NCBI RefSeq assembly: GCF_018350175.1 | Contig: NC_058368.1 | Span: forward strand, 205,284,001-205,348,000 | Direction: 5' to 3' | Origin: Felis catus | Taxonomy: Eukaryota | Length of the DNA stretch: 64,000 nucleotides | Shown: positions 50,966 to 62,488 of the stretch, piece after piece | How the letters are laid out: each line of letters begins with the position of its first letter | Numbering within the stretch: the stretch's first letter is position 1 | The notes under the pieces: generated by a model | What the model was told of the DNA's origin: nothing | Database searches by the model: none | Seen by the model: the letters and a program-made list of their open reading frames with translations, nothing else | Made by a program: the position numbers and the translations under genes

Positions 50966-53132
50966 AACAAGTAAAATTATTTATTTAAAGTACACTTCTC
51001 TTAAAAAATGTTTTTTTAACTGAATATTGAACTTTTTTATGTTTCTTTTTATTTTATTTTTGAGAGAAAGAGAGAGACAGAGTGTGAGCAGGCGGTGGGG
51101 TGGGGGGCAGGGGTGGGCAGAGAGAGAGGGAGACACAGAATCCAAAGCAGACTGCAGGCTCTGAGCTATAAGAGATCATGACTCGAGCTGAAGTCAGCCA
51201 CTTAACCAACTGAGCCACCCAGCACCCCTTAAAATGTTTCTGTAAGCACATTAAAAAGTGCTCTTTATCCCTCCTCTGTAAAATAATTCAATTTTATAAG
51301 AAGTAAATCTAAAAGATTATTCCTCTTTACACACTTATTTTTCTCTTAGGAAAAAAGTCCAGTACAGGTATAAAACTGACTTTAATCATTATCAAGCCTA
51401 TTTGCCCCTGTTGGCAACATGAATGGTGACATGTTGACAAATATGCATTTTGAAAAGTTGAAGAATTTAAAATCAGAAGGTTTCACTTACAGGTGACCAA
51501 TTATGTACTATTAGCTGACAAAGACAAAGTCTGCTATAGTATAGTTGTCCTCTATTTAAATGTATATAATCATGGCTTTTTCATTTAAGATTATCTGAAT
51601 TTGTAAAATATAATGAAAAGATCCAATCCCCCAACCTCAGTAATCTCTTATTTTTATTTTTAAGTATTTACTTAAAATATAAACTATTTGGTGCCTGATT
51701 TTAAAAGTAAACAAAATATAAAGGCTAGCCCAGAGACAATGTGGCCCTACTTGAGAACCAGCTGGCAGCTCTGAGCATTATTAAAAGCTCCAACGGTCTT
51801 GGTGGCCTTTTAAGAAGAAGTCTCATATACTGAACACTAGGTATGCTTTAATTTAAATAAACATCAATATTTAGTTCTGAAATTTGAGGACACAGTTCAC
51901 AAAATAAAATCACAGTAGTGTTTTCTTCTGTTACAGTGACACAGTATATCAATTCCTCCATATTAAGCCTACCTTTCCAGATAAGTAGAAATTACATTTG
52001 CAAAATCCAGAATGAAATTACCAGAAAATGTAAAACTCTTATTTGAAAAATATTTCATAATATCACATCTAAGTTGCACAGAAGACCCCAGTGATCACTA
52101 GGAAATCTACCACAGTCCAGTTTTTCCAACCCAAGAAGTCCAAACTTTGGGTAACAATAGGACCACTTTCTGCTGCTATTCTGAAACAAATTTGATTAAA
52201 ATGAAGCTTACAAGTAGCAGATATTCCAAGATTAGAGTTTATTTGTGTATCCCATGCATACTGGCAATGCCTAGATTTGTCAAAAACTCCCAGACATACA
52301 AATTATTTTTGGGTAAAGCACCCATTTGGTAACTTGGTGATCCTTAAATTTGTATCCCCTGCAAATATAACTATAGCTGACTCTGGAGCTTCTTGAATCT
52401 TCTTTAAAATCATTTTTAACTGATTCATTTGTTCCTTGGCATGCTCTTTGGTGCTTTCCACATGAGAAGTCATAAGGCAAAGTTCATTTCCCGACACAGT
52501 TGCATACATACACAAAACGTTTTTCATCATTTTTGTATTTGGAAAAGGGATATCCTGGATTTTAAATTTCACTCTCAATTTCTTCAACATTATAGCTGTG
52601 AAACATCCTTCTTCGTGACCCATAATAATCACATCACTACTTGCTCTCTTCTTTAGGTAGCTACAATATGGGGGAATAACCTTCTGTACAAATATCAAAT
52701 ATTATAAATATTTGAAAATCAAATATTTCAAACATTTGTAAAAATCAAATGCATAATACCTTCAGATGTGCTGGTTTTAGAACTAATGGAATCAGTTGTT
52801 TCTTTATTCATTAGGTGAACACAGGACTTTGACTTGGCTGGGGTCTGAGGGTGGCTTTCCAAAGCGCCCTCCTCCACAGGCAGCTCAAAGTACAAGTTCA
52901 GCGCTCTCTCCATCTCCCAGTCATTCTCCACCAGATAGCACTGAGCCACGGTGGTGTCACAGCTCATGACCGAGGCAAACTCCACACAGAGAGGTTCACA
53001 CGTATAAGTCCACACAAAGAGGTCCACACATAGAAGCCACTTCTTTGCCTCGGCCTCACCCTCTGCCTCATCTGCCTTCAGAGTGGCCTCCAAACCATTG
53101 GGCTCCTCCATTTACTTGCTGTGGGCAGACCC
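50966..53132 (-). pseudogene. TDP2: TDP2 (tyrosyl-DNA phosphodiesterase 2) processed pseudogene
   Basis: Intronless CDS remnant 53111->52055 (LCVEFASV, ENDWEMERALN, GNELCLMTSHVES, VIFAGDTNLR, FPSDHWGLLCNLD), 3'UTR with AATAAA near 50980; TSD ctcttcaaaa..attttta at 50946-50965 and 53133-53150. Confidence 0.95.
51033..51228 (-). mobile_element. Can-SINE (internally deleted) inside the TDP2 retrocopy 3'UTR
   Basis: Reverse SINE ending gagccacccagcacccc. Confidence 0.85.
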
Positions 53133-53436
53133 CTCTTCAAAATATTTTTACATCAACCATTTTTGAAGAAGAATGGCACATTTTAAATATCCCCTTAAAT
53201 AGTTTTTTTTTTAAAGTCAGACAGTATAATATTGTCTCTGTCAACTGTTTGAGTCTTTTAAAGCAAAATCAAGTTTCAAAATGAGATTATTTAGATAAAT
53301 TCAGGCAATCCTTTCTTCTGTAGCATTTGAAGACAAAAAAAAAAAAAAAACCCTTCTAGAAACTGAATAATCTTTGACTTCTATATTAAAGAAACTGATT
53401 GAATATTGTACCTCTGAAATTCTTCACATCACTCAC

Positions 53437-53643
53437 TTTTTAACCATATTCTCTCTTTGACCTCTGCATTTGGGAGGACAGTCTGGCCTGCTGGTAGTGT
53501 CAGATTAGGATTTCAGAACCTTTGATCTGGAATGCTAGTTTTCTAGTTCAGAGTTTTCAACTTCCATTCAGCTTTGACACATGAAGGATGATGTTCCCAT
53601 GCATAACACAAGGCATTTTCTTCTCTTCATCTTTCTCTTAATA
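53437..53643 (-). pseudogene. Candidate fossil exon, 207 bp
   Basis: Acceptor ctttatttcacttgccctccag|, donor AAAAA|gtgagt; length divisible by 3; the frame I translated has several stops. Confidence 0.45.
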
Positions 53644-55288
53644 CTGGAGGGCAAGTGAAATAAAGTGACTTTATTATGGAATTAAACTTGAATCTTATGA
53701 AATTTATTTTAAAGTAAATCATCACCACAGTAGCAAATAACTTGATGTATAGTAGTCTCCAAGTAGTCTACTAGGCAGACTCTCCCAGAGGTACCAGAAT
53801 AGAAGGGCTCACAGACCAAATTAAGATAACTGAATCATACAGTTAGATGAATCAACTGAAAACACACAGCAAGAAGCAAGAGGAGAGGGGGCAAACTGGC
53901 TGAGTAAGAGGACCCTAAGCTCACCTCATCCCACAAATACAACTAGATAACACTCACCTCAGTGTAATAACCCAGAAAACAGCCTGAAGACTGGCAGAAC
54001 AAACTCCACAACTAAAGGCAGAGAAGAAGCCACATCAAAGATGGTAAGAAGGGCAGACACATGGTGGGGAGTGAAACTGTGGCCATCCACACAGTGGGAG
54101 GAGGCAGTTGTGAATGTACAGACAAGCAAGAAACAGACTATCATACCAAGGAGCTCACATGACAAAGAGGAATCCCTATAACATTTAGTTTTACAAAACT
54201 ACATGCCATGTATGCCAGATTTCTAGAGTTCTAACAACCAGTGAGACTTAAGGCCTGAAATTTTAAATATCAGAGGGTGCAGCTCTGGAGAGTCCAGAGG
54301 GTGATAGAAAGCTGAGGTCCTTCCCTTAGCATAACAAACAGCCTGTAGAATTACAGCACAGAAGCAACAGGTTGAAAAACACTGGGGGCAAACAAGAGGG
54401 GAAGTTATTTACATATCTCAGAGAATGTTCCAGAGGGGCAGAGTTCATGGAGGGACTTCTCCGGGAACAAAGAAGCTGTCAGGTGACATCTCCCTCTCCA
54501 TCCCCTTGCATAAACACATGACGACCTGCAGGAATCAGCACAATGCCCACATTCACTACCTAAATGGCTTATGCCAAGCCCTGCCCCCCACCCAGCACTT
54601 TGGCAGATCCCAGTAACCCTTGCCTCCCTCAGTCCAGTCTCTGTGGGTATCCTCCCCCAGAAGACCAGTGCAAACCTTGCCAACACCTCCTCTCCTCACC
54701 CTATTTTCTAGACCCTCGGTCCCAGTGGCAGGGGTGGTAGTAGTGGGCCCTGTGGAAGCCCAAGGTGCACCTTGTTAAAATTGTGCACCCCACCCTGGCT
54801 GGGGACTATAGCAGGCAAAGAGAGCCTCTGAAGACAACTAGACTGAAATAAAAAGTGGCCAGGACACAACAGCTGAGTGCACACAACATGCATAGATTTA
54901 GCTAAAATGCCAGTTTATACTGAACAGGGGTCATTGCACTGCAGGGCACTACAGAACCTCTTCTTCATAAGGCCTTTACATTTAAGACCAGGAAATGTAG
55001 CTGAACTCCCTAACACAGAGAAACAGACACAGAGAATTAGACAAAATGAGAAAACATAGGAATGTATCCCAAGTAAAAGAACAAGACAAAACCACAGCAA
55101 GAGACCTAAGCAAAATGGATATAAGTAATATGCCTGATGGAGAACTTAAGGTAATGATTATGAAGATATTCACTGAACTTAAGAAAAAAAGTGGAGATAT
55201 CAGTGAGAACTTTAACAAAGAAAAAACATAAAAAAGAACCAATCAGAAATGTAGAACATAATGAATGAAATTAAAAATACACCAGATG

Positions 55289-57331
55289 ATTTGGGTAGTA
55301 GATATTTTAATAATATTTGTTCTTCCAATCCATGAACATGGAATGTCTTTCCAATCTTTCCAATTCTTTGTGTGACCTTCAATATGTTTCATCAGTGTTT
55401 CATCAGTTTTCAGACTAAGCCTTTCACCTCTTTGGTTAGGTTTATTCTAAGCATCTTATTGTTTTTGGTGCAATTGTAAATGGGACAAATTTAAAGCAAT
55501 TTCTATCAAACTACTAACAGCATTTTTCACAGAGCTAGAACAAATAATCCTACAATTTTCATGGAACCACAAAAGACCCACATAGCCAAAGCAATCTTGA
55601 AAATGAAAAGCGGGGCGCCTGGGTGGCGCAGTCGGTTAAGCGTTCGACTTCAGCCAGGTCATGATCTCGCGGTCCGTGGGTTCAAGCCCCGCGTCAGGCT
55701 CTGGGCTGATGGCTCAGAGCCTGGAGCCTGTTTCCGATTCTGTGTCTCCCTCTCTCTCTGCCCCTCCCCCGTTCATGCTCTGTCTCTCTCTGTCCCAAAA
55801 ATAAATAAAAGTTGAAAAAAAAATTTAAAAAAAAAGAAAATGAAAAGCAAAGCTGGAGGTGTCATAATTCCAGAATTCAAGTTATAATACAAAGCTGTAG
55901 TGATCAAAACAGTATGGTACTAGCACAGAAAATAGGCACATAGATCAATGTAACAGAATAGAAAACCCAGAAACGAACCCACAACTATATGGTCAATTAA
56001 TCTTTGACAAAGTAGGAAAGAATATCCAATGAAAAAAGACAGTCTCTTCAACAAATGGTGCTGGGAAAACTGGACAACAACAAGCAAAGGAATGAAACCA
56101 GATCACTTTCTTACACCAAACACAAAAATAAAATCAAAATGAATTAAAAACATAAATGTGAGACCTGAAACCAAAAAAAATCCTAGAAAAGAACACAGGT
56201 AGTAATGTCCTTGACATCAGCCACAAACACTTTTCTAGATACGTCTCCTGAGACAAGGGAAACAAAAGTAAAAACAGGCTATCAGGATATCATCAAAATA
56301 AAAACCTTCTGCACTGCAAAGGAAACAATCAACAAACTAAAAGACAAGCTACAGAGTGGGAGAAGATAGCTTCAAATGACATACCTGCTAAAAGGTTAAT
56401 ATCCAAAATATATAAAGAACTTATACAACTCAACACCAAAAAAAAAAAAAAGAACCCAATAATACAATTAAAAAATGGGCAGAGAACATGAATAGACATT
56501 TATCCAAAGAAGACATACAGATGTCCAACAGACACATGAACAGATGCTCAACAGTATCAGGGAAATACAAATCAAAACTACAATGAGATATCACCTAACA
56601 CCTCTCAGAATGGCTAAAATAAAAACACAATAAGCAACAAATGTTGGTACTGATGTGAAGAAAGGGGAACTCTCGTGCACTGTTGGTGGAAATGCAAACT
56701 GGTGCAACCATTCTGGAAAACAGTATGGAGTTTCCCCAAAAATTTAAAAATAGAACTACCCTACAACCCAGCAATTGCACTACTAGTTATTTACCCAAAG
56801 GACACAAAAGTACTAATTCAAAAGGATACGTGCACCCCAATGTTTATAGCACATTATCTGCAATAGTCAAATTATCAAAATAGCCCAAGGGACTACTGAC
56901 TGATGAATGGATAATGAAGATGTAGAATGTACAAACAATGGAATATCATTAAGCCATAAAAAGAATGAAATCTTGCCATTTGCAATGACATGAATGGAGC
57001 TAGAGAGTATTATGCTAAGCAAAATAAGCCAAAGAAAGATACATACCATATGATTTCACTCATATGTGAAATTTAAGAAACAAAACAAAGGAGCAAATGG
57101 GAAAAAAAAGATATGGAGAGGCAAACCAAGAAACAAACTCTTAACTACAGGGAACAAACTGATGGTTGCCAGAGGGAAGGTAGGTAAGAGGATGGGTTAC
57201 ATATATAGATGGGGATTAAGGAGAGCTTTCGTGATGAGCATTGGGTATTGTATGGAAGTGCTGAATCACTATATTGTATACCTGAAATTAACATTACACT
57301 GTATGTTAACTGGAATTTAAATAAAAACTTA
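55289..57331 (+). mobile_element. Nested 5'-inverted L1 3' fragment
   Basis: Antisense ORF2 segment 55289-55485, then sense 3' end; TSD aaaaatacaccagatg (55273) / aaaaacacactagatg (57332). Confidence 0.88.
55612..55835 (+). mobile_element. Young felid Can-SINE
   Basis: TSD gaaaatgaaaagc. Confidence 0.95.
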
Positions 57332-57780
57332 AAAAACACACTAGATGTTATGAATAAATAGCAGGCTAGATGAAGCAGAGGAATAAATTAGTAACTTGGA
57401 GGGCAGAGTAATGGAAAGTAAGCTAAGCAAGTGAGAGAAAAACAAATTATGCAAAATGAGAATAGGTTTAGGAAACTCAGCAACACCATCAAGAGTAATA
57501 ACATTCTATAGGGATCCCAGAAGAAGAAAAAAAGAGAAAAGGGGGCAGAATATTAATTTGAAGACATAATTGCTGAAATCTTCCAAAATTTGGAAAAGGA
57601 AACATATCCAGATCCAGGAAGCATAGAAAGCCCCAAACAAAATCAACCCAAGGAGCCCTACACCAAGACACATAGTAATATAAATGGAAAAAGTAGTGAT
57701 AAAGAGACAATTTCAAAAGCATCAAGAGAAAAGGAGACAGTTATATACAAGAAAAAATCTTAAGGCTCTTGGCTGACTTT

Positions 57781-58013
57781 TCTTTTTTTTTTTTTTTTAA
57801 TTTTTTTTCAACGTTTTTATTTTATTTTTGGGACAGAGAGAGACAGAGCATGAACGGGGGAGGGGCAGAGAGAGAGGGAGACACAGAATCGGAAACAGGC
57901 TCCAGGCTCCGAGCCATCAGCCCACAGCCTGACGCGGGGCTCGAACTCATGGACCGTGAGATCGTGACCTGGCTGAAGTCGGACGCTTAACCGACTGTGC
58001 CACCCAGGCGCCC
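57781..58013 (-). mobile_element. Young felid Can-SINE
   Basis: TSD ctcttgg(c/t)tgactttt. Confidence 0.95.
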
Positions 58014-59721
58014 CTCTTGGTTGACTTTTCAACAGAGACTTTGAAGGTAAGAAGGGAGTGGCAGGATATTTTCAAACTGCTGAAAGGAAAAAATATGCAG
58101 CCAAGAATACTCTGCCCAGCAAGGCTATCATTCAGAATAGAAGAAGAGATAAAGAGTTTCTCACACAAACAACAGCTAAAGAAGTTCAGACCACTAAACC
58201 AGCCATATAAGAAATGTTAAAGGAGATTCTTTGAGTGGAAAGGAAAGACCATTAGTAAGAGTAAGAAAAGTAGGAAATGCAAAAGCATAAAAAAAGCGTA
58301 TCTTTACAAATCATTCAAGAGACTCACAAAATGAAAGGATGTAAGTATGACACCATATACCAAAAACGTTGGGGATGGGCAGTAAAGAATGGGTTCAAAC
58401 TTAAGTGACCATCAACTGAATACAGACTGCTATATGCAGAAGATGTCATACACAAACCTAATGGTAACACAAATCAAAAACCAGTAATTGAAACTCTAAA
58501 CCAAAGGAATCTAAGTATATCAGTAAAAAAAGCCAGCAAATCATGAGTAAGTTAGCAAGAAAAAAGGTAATCAGAGAAGAACTACAAAAACAACCACAAA
58601 ACAAGTAAAAAAAATGGCAATAAATACATATTTACCAATAATTACTCTGAATGTAAGTGAACTAGACACTCCAGTCAAAAGACACAAGGTGACAGAATGG
58701 ATTTAAAAAAACAAGACCCATCTATATGCTGCCTATAAGAGACTCATTTCAGACCTAAAGACACATGCAGATTGAAAGTGAGAGAATGAAGAAACATTCA
58801 TCACACCAATGTATGTCAAATATGGGACAATAATTATATGGGACAAAACAGACTTTAAAACAAAGGCTGTAATAAGAGACAAAGAAGGACACTATATAAT
58901 AATAAAGGGGACAATCTAACAAAGATATAACAATTGTAAATATTTATGTACCAAACATGGGAGTGCCTGAATACAAGAAACAGTTAATAACAAACATAAA
59001 AGAACGAATTGATAATAATACAATAATAGTAGGGGACTTTAACACCCCACTTACATCAATGAACAGATCATCCAAACAGAAATTCAATAAGGAAACAGAG
59101 GATTTGAATGACATACTAGATTGGATGGATTTAAGAGATATATTCAAAACATTCCATCCTAAAACAGCACAATACACACTCCTTTCAAGTGTACATCAAA
59201 CATTGGACAGAACAGATCACATATGAGACTACAAAACAAGTCTCAACAAAAACAAAAAAAAACCCAAAATCATACTATGCCTCTTTTCTGAACACAATGC
59301 TTTAAAAATAGAAACAACCAAAAGAAAAAAATCTAGATAGATCACAAATACATGGAAGTTAAATAACATGCTATTAAACAATGAATGAGTCAGCCAATAA
59401 ATCAAAGAATAAATGAAAATTGCATGGAAGCATACGAAAACACAGTGGTCCAAAATCTTTGGGATGCAGCAAAAGTAGTTCTAAAAGCAATACAGACCTA
59501 TCTCAAGAAGCAAGAAAAATCTCAAATAAACCTAATTTTACACCAAAAGGGGCTAGAAAATGAAGAACAAACAAAACCCAAAACAAGCAGAAAGAGGAAA
59601 TACTAAAGATTAGAGCAGAAATAAGTGATATGGAAATTTTAAAAAACAACAGATCAATGAAACTTTGAAAAGATCTTTGAAAAGATCAACCAAATAGATA
59701 AACCTTTAGCCAGACTCATTT

Positions 59722-59938
59722 TATTTATTTTTAATTCTTTTAACGTTTATTTATTATTGAGAGACAAAGAGACACAGAATGTAAGCAGGGGAGGGATAGA
59801 GAGAGGTAGAATCTGAAGCAGGCTCCAGGCTCCGAGCTGTCAGCACAGAGCCTAACACGGGGCTCGAACTCACAAACTGCAAGAATATGAACTGAGCCAA
59901 AGTCGGTCACCCAACCAACTTAACCACCCAGGTGCCCC
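59722..59938 (-). mobile_element. Can-SINE
   Basis: TSD agccagactcatttt. Confidence 0.92.
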
Positions 59939-61544
59939 AGCCAGACTCATTTTAAAAAAGAGAGAGAGAAAAAGAGAGAGGGGACTCAGACAAAATTAAA
60001 AATGAAAGAGAAGAAATAAGAACCAAAACCACAGAAATAAAAAGAATTTTAAGAGAATATTATCAAAAATTATATGCCAACAAATTGAACAACCTAGAAG
60101 AAATGGATAAATTCCTGGAAACATATAACCTCCCAAATCTGAATCAGTAATATTATAGGAAGAAATAGAAAATTTGAACAGACCAATTATCTGCAATGAA
60201 ATTAAATCAATAATCAAAAAACTGCCAACAAACAAAATTGCAGGACCAAATGGCTTTACAGGTGAATTCTACCAAACATTGAAAGAAGAGTTGATACCTA
60301 TTCTTCTCAAGCTATCCCAAAAAAGAGAAGAGAAAGGAAAGCTTCCAAATTCATTCTATGAGGCCAGCATTACCCTGACACCAAAACCAGATAAAGATAC
60401 CACAAAAAAAAGAGAACTACAGGACAATATCTCTGATGAACATAGATGCAAAAATCCTCAACAAGATACTCACAAACTGAATCCAACAATACATTAAAAA
60501 AAATCATTCACCATGATCAAGTGGAATTTAATCTTTGGATGCAAGGGTGGTTCGACTTGCAAATCAATCAACATGATACATCACATCAATAGAAGAAATG
60601 ATAAAAACTACATGATCATTTCCATAGATACAAAAAAATGATTTGACAAAGTACAACATCCATTCATGATAAAAGCTCTCAAGAAAAAGTAGGTTTAGAG
60701 GGAACATAACTCACCATAATAAAGGCCTTATATGAAAAACCTGCAGCTAACATCATGCTCAATGGTGAAAAACTGAGAGCTTTTCCCTCAAGATCAGCAA
60801 CAAGGATATCCATTCTCATCACTTTTATTCAACATAGTACTAGAACTCCTAGCCACAGCAATTAGACAAGAAAATGAAATAAAAGTCATCAAAATTGGTA
60901 AGGAAGAAGTAAAACTTTCACTATTTGCAGATGACATGATACTATATATAGAAAACCCTAAAGATTCTACCCAAAAAAATGACTAGAACAATACATGAAT
61001 TCACTGAGTTTGCAGGATACAAAATCAATGTACAGAAATCTGTTGTGTTCCTATAGACTACAATGAAACAGTAGAAAGAGAAATTAAGAAAACAATCCCA
61101 TTGACAAATACACAGAAAATAATAAAATATCTAGTAATAAACTTAACCAAATAGGAGAAAAAGATCTGTACTCTGAAAACTATAAAACACTGAAGAAATG
61201 TTTTATAGTTTCTTAAAACAAGAAAGAAATTGAAGACGACACAAAGAAATGGAAAGACATTCTATGCTCATGGACTGGAAGAACAAATACTGTTAAAATG
61301 TCTATTCTACCCAAAGCACTCTACACATTTAACTCAATCCCTATGAAAATACCAACAGCATTTTTCACAGAATGAAAACAATCCCAGAATTTGTATGGAA
61401 CCACAAAGGACCCCCAATAGCCAAAGCAATCTTGAAAAACAAAATGGAAGTTATCACAATTCGAGACTTCAAGTTATATTACAAAGCTGTAGTGATCAAA
61501 ACAGTATGGTACTGGCACAAAAACAGACATATAGATCAATGGAT

Positions 61545-61588
61545 AGAATAGAATAGAATAGAATAGAATAGAATAGAATAGAATAGAA
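61545..61588. repeat. (GAATA)n pentanucleotide repeat inside L1 ORF2
   Basis: About eight tandem gaata units. Confidence 0.93.
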
Positions 61589-62441
61589 AGCAAGAATAAA
61601 GAATGTGAAAAAGTCTTTTCAACAAATGGTGTTCTGGAAACTGTTCAGTTACATGCAAAAGAATAAAACTGGACTACTTTCTTACACCATACAAAAAATA
61701 AACTTGAAGTGGATTGAGGACCTATATGTGAGACCTGAAACCATAAAAACCATAAAAGGAAGGAAAGGCAGTAACTTGAGGCAAGAAAAATAAAAGCAAA
61801 AATAAACTACTGGGGCTACATCAAAATAAAAAGCTTCTCTACAGCAAAGGAAACCATCAACAAAACTTAAAGACAACCTACTGAATTGAGAGAAGATATT
61901 TTCAAATGACACATCTCAAAAAGTGTTAGTATCCAAAATATATAAAGAATTTCTACAACTCAACACCAAAGAAAACAAATAATCCAATTAAAATACAGCC
62001 AGTCATTTCTCCAAAGAAGACATACAGATGTCCAACAGACACATGAAAAGATGCTCAACATCACTCATCATCGGGGAAATGCAAACCAAAACAACGAGAT
62101 ATCACCTCACACCTCTCAGAATGGCTAAAATCAAAAACACAAGAAATAACATGTATTGGTGAGGATGTGAGGAAAAAGGAATCCTCAGGCATTGTTTGTG
62201 GAAATGCAAACTGGTGGAAAACAGTCACTGTGGAAAATAGTATGGAGGTTCCTCAAAAAATTAAAAATAAAACGACCCTATGATCTAGTAATCACACTCC
62301 TGGGTATTTACCCAAAGAATACAAAAACACTAATCCGAAGGGATATATGCACCCCCACATTTACTGCAGCATTATTTATAATAGCCAAACTCTAGAAGCA
62401 GCCCAAGTATCCATCGATAGATAATGGATAAAGAAGATATG

Positions 62442-62450
62442 GTGTGTATG

Positions 62451-62486
<36 letters not shown>
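62442..62486. repeat. (TG)n microsatellite
   Basis: TG run in L1 3' region. Confidence 0.93.

Positions 62487-62488
<2 letters not shown>

Larger units (their letters stand above)
132..53643 (-). pseudogene. Putative decayed multi-exon gene, RGS22/RGSL1-like (multi-RGS-domain); may extend beyond these limits
   Basis: Series of minus-strand exon-like segments with polypyrimidine-AG acceptors and GT donors (53437-53643, 50183-50347, 26379-26465, 20263-20454, 15593-15679, 3984-4119 and others); peptides show RGS-like motifs but carry stops and frameshifts. Family call is from recalled motifs, not a search. Confidence 0.5.

Noticed and set aside
52055..53111. Functional TDP2 gene
   Set aside because: Intronless, flanked by a TSD, lacks the TWNIDGLD segment and is frameshifted after GDTNLR.
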